Positions 1-8,140 of a stretch of 64,000 nt of DNA are shown piece after piece. Numbering within the stretch: position 1 is the stretch's first letter; each line of letters begins with the position of its first letter. The DNA comes from a bacterium (GTDB taxonomy: Bacteria; 4484-113; JAFGCY01). The stretch spans positions 7,318-71,317 of the forward strand of contig JADZFO010000011.1 of assembly GCA_020849855.1 (NCBI GenBank), given 5' to 3'. The notes beneath the pieces are model-generated. The model was not told the DNA's origin. It did no database searches and saw nothing but the letters and a program-made list of their open reading frames with translations. The position numbers were made by a program, and so were the translations under genes.

Positions 1-933
1 GATGCCGGCTGCCAGCTGGTGCGCCTGTCCGTGCCGGATGAGGCCAGCGCAGTGGGCTTTGGCGAAGTGAAGAAGCGCAGCCCGGTGCCGCTGATCGCCG
101 ATGTGCACTTCCACCACCGCATGGCCCTGCGCAGCATTGAGGAGGGCGCGGACAAGATCCGCCTGAACCCAGGCAATGTGACCCGCCGCGAGCATATCGA
201 GGAAGTGGCGAAGGAGCTGCTGGCTGCGCGGATCCCGGTGCGTGTGGGCTCAAACAGCGGCTCCATCGCGCCGCGCTACAAGACCCAGTATGTGCCGGAC
301 CCGGTGGGCGCCATTGTTGGCTCCGCCCGGGAGTATGTGGAGCAGCTGCGCGAGTTCGGCGTGGAGGACATCGTGGTGGCGCTGAAGAGCCATGACCCGA
401 TGACCACGGTGGAGTGCTACCGTCGCTTTGCCGCCACCGAGCCCTGGCCTCTGCACATCGGCGTGACCGAGGCCGGGCCAGGGATCACCGGGGCCGCGCG
501 CTCTGCGGTGGCCCTGGGCCTGCTGTTGAGCGAAGGCATCGGCGACACGATGCGCGTCAGTCTGGCCAATGACCCGGTGGAAGAGGTCTATGTCTGCCGT
601 GAGATCCTGGCCAGCCTGAACCTGCGCAAGACCGTGCGCGTGGTGGCCTGCCCAACCTGCGCGCGGGTGGAGTTTGACCTGCTGGGCCTGGTGGAGCGCC
701 TGGAGAAGCCCCTGCTGAGCCTCGATGCGCCGATCAGCATCGCCATCATGGGCTGCGCGGTCAACGGGCCGGGCGAGGCGCGGGACGCCGACATCGGCAT
801 CTGCGCCGCCGGCGGGCGCTATATGCTCTTCAAGAAGGGCGAGATCGTACGCTCTGACCTTACCGAGGCGGACTTCGCCGGCGTGCTGAGCGACGAGATC
901 TTCGAGATGACCGGAAAGCGCCTGGCGTTGTAG
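1..933 (+). CDS. ispG: (E)-4-hydroxy-3-methylbut-2-enyl-diphosphate synthase (flavodoxin), 5'-truncated by window edge
   Basis: Frame is open from base 1 (DAGCQLVRLSVPD). Motifs ADVHF, DKIRLNPGN, PLHIGVTEAG, GIGDTMRVSL, and 4Fe-4S ligands CPTCAR...GCAVNGPGE. Confidence 0.97.
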   Translation, partial: DAGCQLVRLSVPDEASAVGFGEVKKRSPVPLIADVHFHHRMALRSIEEGADKIRLNPGNVTRREHIEEVAKELLAARIPVRVGSNSGSIAPRYKTQYVPDPVGAIVGSAREYVEQLREFGVEDIVVALKSHDPMTTVECYRRFAATEPWPLHIGVTEAGPGITGAARSAVALGLLLSEGIGDTMRVSLANDPVEEVYVCREILASLNLRKTVRVVACPTCARVEFDLLGLVERLEKPLLSLDAPISIAIMGCAVNGPGEARDADIGICAAGGRYMLFKKGEIVRSDLTEADFAGVLSDEIFEMTGKRLAL

Positions 934-951
934 CTTTTCTGAGGTTGAGGC

Positions 952-1182
952 GTGCCAACAATAGCCCGCTTTGATGGAATAAGCATATGTATGTATGCAG
1001 ATGATCCACATCTGCCACACTGTCATGTGCGGTTTGCTGGCGACGAGATAATGGTTGATCTGATTGAGTTGGAAATAATCGCAGGTAAACTCCCGGCAGC
1101 AACAGAGCGAAAGGCAATGAAGTGGTGTGCCGAGAATCGCGACATTTTGTTGCGCAAGTGGCGTGAGCTTCACAAGAGTTGA
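952..1182 (+). CDS. DUF4160 family protein (putative toxin of a DUF4160/DUF2442 pair)
   Basis: 76 aa; MPTIARFDGISICMY..D.H.PH.HV...and W...N...L...W pattern typical of DUF4160; visibly AT-richer than the flanks. Confidence 0.85.
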   Translation: MPTIARFDGISICMYADDPHLPHCHVRFAGDEIMVDLIELEIIAGKLPAATERKAMKWCAENRDILLRKWRELHKS

Positions 1183-1191
1183 CTGCGGTAA

Positions 1192-1488
1192 ATGGCCTTG
1201 ATCGAGGGTAAGATAGAAACAATGACAGAGTTCATAAAAATAAAGATGATCCGACCGCTGAGCGGTTCTGTCCTGCTCGTCACTTTCTCCAACGGGGAGA
1301 ACCGATATGTTGAATATGGCCACCTGATTGCCAAGGGCGGCATGTGGGCGGCGCTGGCTGATCCCGACTACTTCGCGTTGGCGCAGATTGATGAGTATGA
1401 GCGGGGTGTGTTCTGGCCCAATGGCGCCGACAGCTGCGCAGATGCCATGTTTGAGCGCGGCACGCTGGCCCAGCCGATCGCAAGCTAA
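1192..1488 (+). CDS. DUF2442 family protein (putative antitoxin partner)
   Basis: LLVTFSNGE...L.DPDYF......GVFWPNGAD.CAD pattern; 9 bp after the DUF4160 ORF. Alternative start at 1222. Confidence 0.82.
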   Translation: MALIEGKIETMTEFIKIKMIRPLSGSVLLVTFSNGENRYVEYGHLIAKGGMWAALADPDYFALAQIDEYERGVFWPNGADSCADAMFERGTLAQPIAS

Positions 1489-1557
1489 GCAGTTTTCGGG
1501 TTTGTCTTCACGGCATCCTCAGTCAACGGCGCTATATGGCTGCGGTATCCTAAGCAC

Positions 1558-2151
1558 TTGCCAGCCAGCCAGCCAGCCTTTGAAGTACAGCCCGCGCAGG
1601 ACTCCGACCATGCCGCCATCCTTGAGCTGATGGCGCACTGGAACATGCAGCATGTGCCCAGTGTTGAGGTTGAAGAGCTCTACCTGCCCGGCTTCAACCT
1701 GGTTCGCAGTCCTGCGGCTGTCGGCGCGCTGATCGCTGCCTGCGGGCATAAGCTGCTCGCCCCGGGCCGCGGCAAGAACACGCTCTTTGCCGTGCATCCG
1801 CAGTGGCGCGGCAGAGGCCTTGGGCACCTGCTGATGGACCGCGCCCTGCAGGCCCTGCGCGCTGCCGGCGCCCGCACGGTGCTGACCAACACCGACCGGC
1901 CGGAGAGTGTGGCCTGGTACAGCGCCTGTTATGGCTATCGCGTCATCGGCCGCCTGCCCAAGCTGATGGACTTTGGCGTCAGCGCGATCCCCTTCTGGAC
2001 CACGATGGAGCTGGACCTCGACGCCCGTTTCGCTGGGCGGCCCATGGACCCGCTGCCGGCGGATGCTCCGCCGCGCGAAGAGCTGCCGTCCTATGCCGGG
2101 CTGTCCGAGCACGAGGCCTGGGACGGCGCCGTGGATGTCAGGCCGGCCTGA
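1558..2151 (+). CDS. GNAT family N-acetyltransferase
   Basis: Acetyl-CoA-binding motif A (AVHPQWRGRGLGHLLM) and N...AV.WY...GY. TTG start lies 6 nt after TATCCT. Confidence 0.85.
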   Translation: MPASQPAFEVQPAQDSDHAAILELMAHWNMQHVPSVEVEELYLPGFNLVRSPAAVGALIAACGHKLLAPGRGKNTLFAVHPQWRGRGLGHLLMDRALQALRAAGARTVLTNTDRPESVAWYSACYGYRVIGRLPKLMDFGVSAIPFWTTMELDLDARFAGRPMDPLPADAPPREELPSYAGLSEHEAWDGAVDVRPA

Positions 2152-3584
2152 GCCGGCGGTTGCGGCGGCGGCGCAGCTTCGGCTGAGCCCCGGGCCTGCC
2201 GGCGCCACCAGAGGTTCAGGCACTGCAGGCGCTTGCCGTTGCCAAAGGGGTCGACCAGCTGCAGGGGCAGCTCAGGCACGATGTGGCCTTCGATCTGAAT
2301 CCGGCCGCCGATCCAGTTGTTCTGCAGGCGCTCCAGGGCCAGCTGCAGGTGGCTCTCCTCAAACTCCTCGAAGGGCACAACCAGCAGGCGGGCCCGGTCC
2401 ACCTCGTCCTGCACAAAGATGAACTCGCGCTTTGGCATGGCGCGCAGCGCTTCGGCCACGCAGAGGCCATGCAGGGTGGAGCCGTCGGCAAAGCGGATGT
2501 AGTCCACCACCCGGCCGTCGAGGCTCTCCAGCCGCGGGAAGGGCCGGCCGCAGGCGCAGGGCGGACCGTCCAGCGGCGGCAGGACCACGCGGTCTTCGAT
2601 GTTGTAGCGGATCAGCGGCATCAGGCGCTTGTTCAGGCTGGTCAGCAGCAGCTGGCCGGAGCCATGCGGCGCGATGGAGCCGTCGTCCAGCAGCACCTCG
2701 GGATAAAGGTTGCAGGTGAAGAGGTGCCAGTTGCCCTGCTCGCACTGCGCCGCGATGCCGCCGCACTCGCGGCCGCCGTAGCGCTGGCGCAGCGGGGCGT
2801 CGAAGGCCTGCTGGATCTGCTCGGCCGAGAAGGGGTCAAGCTGCTCGGCGGTGGGGATGACCTTGCGCGCCGGGAGAGGCGGCAGATCAAGAGCACGGCA
2901 GAACTGCGCGAAGGAGCGCAGGTTGTTGACATAGCCCATCACGCGGGCCGGCTGGCGCAGCAGTATATCGGCGTGGTAGGCAGCGCTTTTTTCGCTGCTC
3001 AGCATGTAGCAGGGATAGACCGCCTCGCGGCGCAGCCAGTAGCGCAGCTTTTTGCGTATCTCGTGGATGCCGCCGCTGCGCAGGTCGCTGGCGCCCCAGA
3101 GGTAGCCCGTGCCGTCGAAGAGGCCGATGGGCGCCTCGCCGGGCCGGCCGGGCATGCACTCGCCATACCAGCCGGTGGCCAGACGCCAGGCCTGCTCCTC
3201 GCGGTCGTGCAGCACGCGCAGGGCCTGTCCGCTGCTGCCGCTGGTGGAGACCACGCCGGAGCCGCGGCGGTCCGCCGCGCTCGACTGCATCTGGTGGAAG
3301 TTCAGGTGGATCTGCTGCTTGCTGAGGACCGGGTAGTCCTCAAGTGTGCGCCGGCCCTGCTGGCTGAAGAAGGGCACAGTGCGGGCCGCGTATTCGAGGG
3401 CGGCCCCAAGGCGCTGCTGCACCGCGGCCCTGTATTCATGCGGGCTGAGCCGGGCCAGGCCCTCAAGCTCGCGCAGCCGCGCCAGGGCCGGCACACCCCG
3501 GCTGTTGTAATAGTTCTGAAGCAGTGATTCCCGCAGCAAGGCGCTCATTCTATGGGAGTCGGGCCTGAGCTGATGAGCTTCCAA
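2091..3584 (-). CDS. Phenylacetate-CoA ligase-like (PaaK/CapK-type) adenylate-forming enzyme
   Basis: TSGSSGQAL P-loop, RYGGRECG, PLIRYNIEDR and LDGRVVD motifs. Start may be the ATG at 3548. Confidence 0.82.
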   Translation of the reverse strand: MEAHQLRPDSHRMSALLRESLLQNYYNSRGVPALARLRELEGLARLSPHEYRAAVQQRLGAALEYAARTVPFFSQQGRRTLEDYPVLSKQQIHLNFHQMQSSAADRRGSGVVSTSGSSGQALRVLHDREEQAWRLATGWYGECMPGRPGEAPIGLFDGTGYLWGASDLRSGGIHEIRKKLRYWLRREAVYPCYMLSSEKSAAYHADILLRQPARVMGYVNNLRSFAQFCRALDLPPLPARKVIPTAEQLDPFSAEQIQQAFDAPLRQRYGGRECGGIAAQCEQGNWHLFTCNLYPEVLLDDGSIAPHGSGQLLLTSLNKRLMPLIRYNIEDRVVLPPLDGPPCACGRPFPRLESLDGRVVDYIRFADGSTLHGLCVAEALRAMPKREFIFVQDEVDRARLLVVPFEEFEESHLQLALERLQNNWIGGRIQIEGHIVPELPLQLVDPFGNGKRLQCLNLWWRRQARGSAEAAPPPQPPAQAGLTSTAPSQASCSDSPA

Positions 3585-3697
3585 GGCTTGAAATCATATT
3601 CAGGCGAAAGTATTGACGAACTACTATACGATTGATAAGATGTTATTGGCGTCGCGCTTCGTCTGCGATGCACACCAGGAAAACAAGGGGCAGGAAG

Positions 3698-4213
3698 ATG
3701 TTTCATACCTTCGAGGAGTTCATCACGGATTACCGCTTTGAGTCCGAGACCACAAAGAAGGTCCTGGAGGCGCTGAGTGATGAATCGCTGGGCCAGCGCA
3801 AGGGCATCGGCGAGACCACCCTGGGCGATATCGCCTGGCATATCGCCACCACCCACGGCATGATGCTGAACCAGGCCGGCTTCCACGTGCCGGCGAACGA
3901 CAAGTGGATGCTGCCGCAGGGCACCAGCGCCGCCGAGGTGCTGGCCGAGTATGAGCGCGCCGTCACGGCGACCATTGAGGAAGCCGCGGGCAAGAGCCCT
4001 GAAGAGCTGAAGAAGGTTTACAGCATGTGGGGCATGGCGGAGTGGCCGGTGCACGTCACCCTGGCCATGCTGATCAGCCATGAGGTACACCACCGCGGCC
4101 AGCTTTCTGTTCTGATGCGCCAGGCCGGCCTGAAGGTGCCCAGCATCTATGGCCCCAACTATGAAGAGACCCAGGAATGGATCGCGAAGAACGCGGCAGA
4201 AGGCGGCGCGTAG
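3698..4213 (+). CDS. DinB/YfiT family protein
   Basis: Metal-binding His pattern WHIATT...HEVHHRGQLSVLMRQAG. ATG at 3698 preferred over 3632 (purine-rich GGGGCAGGAAG upstream). Confidence 0.88.
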   Translation: MFHTFEEFITDYRFESETTKKVLEALSDESLGQRKGIGETTLGDIAWHIATTHGMMLNQAGFHVPANDKWMLPQGTSAAEVLAEYERAVTATIEEAAGKSPEELKKVYSMWGMAEWPVHVTLAMLISHEVHHRGQLSVLMRQAGLKVPSIYGPNYEETQEWIAKNAAEGGA

Positions 4214-4230
4214 GTAGGCAAGGCAAGAAG

Positions 4231-4454
4231 CAGGTTACAGGGGACAGGTTACAGAGGACAGTGGCGAAAGACACAGAGTTAGAAAGGCGCAGAAGTGAGA
4301 GACACAGAGAGGAAGAAACACTGACTAAGCAGGAGATGGATTGAATGCCCCGGCTGACTTCAATGGGTAAACAGGGAGGCCTAATGGCTGCATTCAAGCA
4401 TCCTCTTCTATCCGCTCCCACCTGTCCCCTGTCCCCTGCAATCTGTACCCTGTT
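4231..4454. repeat. Inverted pair of degenerate CAGNNNA heptamer arrays (4231-4261 and 4421-4454)
   Basis: Left: CAGGTTA CAGGGGA CAGGTTA CAGAGGA CAG. Right, reverse-complemented: CAGGGTA CAGATTG CAGGGGA CAGGGGA CAGG. Confidence 0.8.
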
Positions 4455-4458
4455 TCAG

Positions 4459-6411
4459 TTACCAGCCGCGTCCGCCGCCACCGCCGCCGCCGCCGCCACT
4501 GAAGCCGCCACCCCCGCCTCCGCTGAAGCTGGAGCCGGACCAGGAGCGGCTGGAGCCGCCCGAGCTGCCGCCTGAGGACACCACCACTGGCGCCGAGGCG
4601 ATGCTGAGCTTGCGGTTGAAGTTCTGGCTGAGGTTGCTCACCAGCTGGTCATAACGGTAGCTGCGGCGGTAAGGGTTGTAGTACCAGTCGATGCCGCTGT
4701 AGTAGCCGGGCTGCTCCTGCAGCACGGCGCCCGGGGGCGGCGGCGGAGCCTTCTGCGCGGCGGTCTTGAGCTGCTGCTCAAGCTGCTGGGCCCAGGCGGC
4801 CTGCAGGTCCATGGCCAGGGCATAGGGCAGGAACTGGCTGAAGAGTGCCGGGCTCATTGGCGCACTGGAAGGCATCAGGCTTTCGATGGGCTTGCCGCCT
4901 GACAGGGCCTCACGCAGGGGCTCGAACTGGTCCAGGATCATGCGGCCCTGGGAGCTGTAGCGCGGCACCAGGCGGGCATAGGCCCAGTTAAGGGCGACAA
5001 GCGCCACGACCGCGACGAAGGGCGCAGGGGTCAGGAAGAGCACGCTGGAGCCAATGCCGAACATCAGCACCCCGCAGGAGAGCAGGCAGCTCAGACAGGC
5101 GCCGGTCTGCTTCCAGGCCTCGTTGCTGTGGAAGTAGCCCTTCTCGTAGCGCTTCTTCAGCGCGGCCTGCAGCGCGTTGGTGGCCTTGATGAAGTGGGTG
5201 CTGTTGCTGCTGAGCTTGCGGCTGCTGGCGCCGGAGAAGACTTCCTCGTGCAGGCGCTTCTCTTCCGCCGGCAGCGAGTCATCCGCGCTCTTCAGGCGCT
5301 GCAGGGAATAGTCCCCTTCCTTGTCCTGGTTGATCCGCAGATAGCCCTTGGCGGCCAGGGAGACGACGGCGGTGGTGAAACACATGCCGTCGTACTTCAT
5401 CTGGCGGATATAGCGCAGCGCCGCAGGGCTGACATCCTGGGGCGGCTGGCGCAGCAGGGCCGGGTCAGCCCGGGCGGGGTCAATGCCAACTGAGAGCCAG
5501 GAGACCAGGAAAAGCAGGGCCAGCACGCCAACCGCGCCGTAGCAGATGTACTCCAGCAGGCGCTTGTCGCGGCGGCGCTGTTCCTCCTGACGCAGCTGGT
5601 ACTGGCGGTCCCACTCCGCCTGCTCGGCCAGGGCCCGGGCCTCCGCGTCGCGCAGTTCCTGCTCATAGGCCAGCTGCTCGGCGGTGGGCGGCGCGATGAT
5701 TCCGCTGGGCCACTGGAAGACCACCGTCAGGCCCTCGCCGGCTTCAAAGCGGCGCGTGGAGTTGATCAGGCCCTCGCCGGGACGGCTGATCGCAGCGCGG
5801 TAATCCTGGCCCTGCGAGCCGCGAAAGCCGGTATAGCCTTCAATATGCAGCTGCTCCGCCGGCACCGGCTGGGGCAGCATGATGCGGGCCGAAGCCGAGA
5901 GGATCGGCAGCTGCCACTCATTGCCGGTGATGTTGAAGTAGAGCTCATCGTAGCCCTGCAGGAAGGAGATCTGCCGGTTTGTGCTGTAGCGCAGCAGATA
6001 GCTGTGCTCACCGGCGCCGATGAAGACATCCGGGCTGCCGATGTAGATGTCCACAATTTCGCCCAGGGGTTCTTCGCGATAGGGCTCCGGGCGGCCGTCG
6101 CGCTGCACTTCAAGCAGCTCAAAGCCGACCGGGTGCCACTTGCCATCGGGCTCGGTATAGCGCAGCGGGAAGCTGCGCACGATGCCGCGCTGGATCTGCT
6201 CGCCTTCTGAGACCAGACGGATGCGCTCTGTAACCACAAGGCGGCCGTCTGGCGCGATCTGGATCTCGGAATCAAAGGAGGTGATCCGCTCCTCAGCCCC
6301 GGCGCGCAGCGGCGCAAAGAGCAGCAGCGCCGGGAGCAGGGCCAGCAGGCAGAAGAGCACGGGCCGAAGGGCGAGTGCGGGGCGCGGCGATTGCAGGGCT
6401 GCTTGCAGCAT
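4459..6411 (-). CDS. DUF2207 family predicted membrane protein
   Basis: Signal peptide, ERITSFDSEIQI, YDELYFNITGNEW, several TM helices, LPYALAMD and a Gly/Ser-rich tail ending GGGGRGW. Confidence 0.9.
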   Translation of the reverse strand: MLQAALQSPRPALALRPVLFCLLALLPALLLFAPLRAGAEERITSFDSEIQIAPDGRLVVTERIRLVSEGEQIQRGIVRSFPLRYTEPDGKWHPVGFELLEVQRDGRPEPYREEPLGEIVDIYIGSPDVFIGAGEHSYLLRYSTNRQISFLQGYDELYFNITGNEWQLPILSASARIMLPQPVPAEQLHIEGYTGFRGSQGQDYRAAISRPGEGLINSTRRFEAGEGLTVVFQWPSGIIAPPTAEQLAYEQELRDAEARALAEQAEWDRQYQLRQEEQRRRDKRLLEYICYGAVGVLALLFLVSWLSVGIDPARADPALLRQPPQDVSPAALRYIRQMKYDGMCFTTAVVSLAAKGYLRINQDKEGDYSLQRLKSADDSLPAEEKRLHEEVFSGASSRKLSSNSTHFIKATNALQAALKKRYEKGYFHSNEAWKQTGACLSCLLSCGVLMFGIGSSVLFLTPAPFVAVVALVALNWAYARLVPRYSSQGRMILDQFEPLREALSGGKPIESLMPSSAPMSPALFSQFLPYALAMDLQAAWAQQLEQQLKTAAQKAPPPPPGAVLQEQPGYYSGIDWYYNPYRRSYRYDQLVSNLSQNFNRKLSIASAPVVVSSGGSSGGSSRSWSGSSFSGGGGGGFSGGGGGGGGGRGW

Positions 6412-6437
6412 CGCTGCAATGGTACAACCCAGACGGC

Positions 6438-6965
6438 TCAGGCGAGCTGCTGCAGCGCCAGGGCCAGCGCCGCATCCACGGCCTGGGCCAGTACTTCCTC
6501 GCGGCTGCCGCTGAGGCGCAGCTCGCGCACCTCGCTCTGGCGCGCCGAGGCATAGGCGATGTACACCAAGCCCGCGGGCTTGGAGGCCTGGCCCTCGCCA
6601 TCGCCCTCCAGAGGTTCCGGCCCGGCGACGCCCGTGGTGGCCAGCGCCACCCGGGAACCCAGGCCCTCGCGGCCCGCCAGCTCCAGCGCGCCACTGGCCA
6701 TGGCCCGGGCCGTTTCGGGGCTGACCGCGCCGACGCGGCGCAGGATGGCCGGGGAGACGCCCAGAAGCTGCTGCTTGAGGGCGACGTTATAGGCAACCAC
6801 ACCGCCAAGGTAAACGGCGGAGCAGCCCGGCACATGGGTCAGCGCGGCGGCCAGGCGGCCGGCGGTGCAGCTTTCGGCTGTCAGCAGCCAGCGGCCCTGG
6901 CTTTTCAGCCGGGTCAGCAGTTCTGCAGCGGGTCCGGTCACAGGGCAGTCCACAGCAGGCATCAT
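6438..6965 (-). CDS. cinA: CinA C-terminal / nicotinamide-nucleotide amidohydrolase (PncC) family
   Basis: TAESCTAG, GGVVAYN..K...LGV, GAVS.ETARAMA.G, ATTGVAGP. ATGA overlap with the ROK gene. Confidence 0.92.
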   Translation of the reverse strand: MMPAVDCPVTGPAAELLTRLKSQGRWLLTAESCTAGRLAAALTHVPGCSAVYLGGVVAYNVALKQQLLGVSPAILRRVGAVSPETARAMASGALELAGREGLGSRVALATTGVAGPEPLEGDGEGQASKPAGLVYIAYASARQSEVRELRLSGSREEVLAQAVDAALALALQQLA

Positions 6966-7906
6966 AGCGAACGCGCCGCCAGCAGCGCGCCGCCAAGCGC
7001 GACGGTATCGCTGCTTTCCGCGATGAAATCGATGCGAGGCTGTGGCTGGCTGCGCAGCATGTGGCGGGGGACGTATTCGCGCAGGGCCGGCTCAAAGAAG
7101 CTGCGCGCGCCGGACAGCCCGCCGCCGATCAGGACCGCCTCGGGCGTGAAGACTGTGCAGAGGCTGCCAATGGCCGCGCCGCAGATGCGGCCATAGCGCT
7201 GCCAGCAGGCCAGGGCGGCGCTGTCGCCTGCCTCGGCCGCGCGGGTGATCTCCAGCGGCTCGCTGACCCGCGGGCCGCCAAGCGCGCTGTAAAGCTCAAT
7301 CAGCGCGGCCTTGTTGGCCAGACTCTCCCAGGAGCCCGGGATGCCGGTGATGCCTTCCGGGGCGTCGAGGCTGATGGTGATGTGCCCGGCCTCGGGGCTG
7401 ATGCCGGAGCCGCCGGCCAGCAGGCGGCCATCCAGCCAGAAGGCGGTGCCGATGCCTGTGCCAAGGATCAGGCCAAAAGCCGAGCGCGGGGGCGGGCTTT
7501 GCTGCTGCAGGGCCGCCAGCAGGAAGGCGTCGGCATCGTTGACCAGCAGGACGGGGATCTGCAGCTCGCGCTGCAGCCAGTCGCACAGCGGCAGATAGTC
7601 CCAGGCGGTGTTGGGAGATTCGAGGATCTCGCCGCGGGCGATGATGCCGCAGGAGCCGATGCCCAGCGCCGCCGGCGCTTCCTCCAGCCCGGCGCAGAAG
7701 TCCTTGATTGCGGTGCTGATCGCGGCGCAGACGGGGCGGTAGTCACGCTCGGCGGGCACGGGGATGTCCGGCTGCCAGGCCAGGCGGCGCAGCTCCAGCG
7801 GGGGGGTTTCAGGGTCGGCGCAGACGATGCTCAGCAGCTGGCGCACGCGCCAGGCGCCGAGCTTGAGCGAGGAGCCGCCGATATCGAGGCCAAGGATCAG
7901 GGTCAT
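6962..7906 (-). CDS. ROK family sugar kinase (glucokinase-like)
   Basis: GLDIGGSSLK, NDADA, LILGTGIG, EAGHI. True start taken as MTLILG (7906); the 66-aa extension in the ORF track reads through a heptamer repeat. Confidence 0.9.
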   Translation of the reverse strand: MTLILGLDIGGSSLKLGAWRVRQLLSIVCADPETPPLELRRLAWQPDIPVPAERDYRPVCAAISTAIKDFCAGLEEAPAALGIGSCGIIARGEILESPNTAWDYLPLCDWLQRELQIPVLLVNDADAFLLAALQQQSPPPRSAFGLILGTGIGTAFWLDGRLLAGGSGISPEAGHITISLDAPEGITGIPGSWESLANKAALIELYSALGGPRVSEPLEITRAAEAGDSAALACWQRYGRICGAAIGSLCTVFTPEAVLIGGGLSGARSFFEPALREYVPRHMLRSQPQPRIDFIAESSDTVALGGALLAARSL

Positions 7907-7932
7907 ACAGCTAGAGGTTAGCACGGAGGATG

Positions 7933-8140
7933 AAGGGGAAAAGGCGGAAGGCGGAAGGCGAAAGGCGGAAAGCGGAAGGACGGGGCCTGGATTAAGCGAA
8001 CGAAATTCAGCCAACGGGGCATTCAGGATGAGAGGAGTATTCAGCACAGATATAACAACGCAGCCGACGTTCCGGGTCTCCGGCGCAGGCTTTCTGATTC
8101 TCAAATTCAGCCTTTCGCCTTCCGCCTTTCGCCTTGCCTT
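7933..8140. repeat. Inverted pair of AAGGCG(G/A) heptamer arrays (7941-7980 and 8108-8140)
   Basis: Left: AAGGCGG AAGGCGG AAGGCGA AAGGCGG AAAGCGG. Right, reverse-complemented: AAGGC AAGGCGA AAGGCGG AAGGCGA AAGGCTG. Confidence 0.88.

Noticed and set aside
2091-2151. 61-bp convergent overlap of the GNAT and PaaK-like genes
   Set aside because: Both tails are low-complexity; such overlaps are common at high GC.
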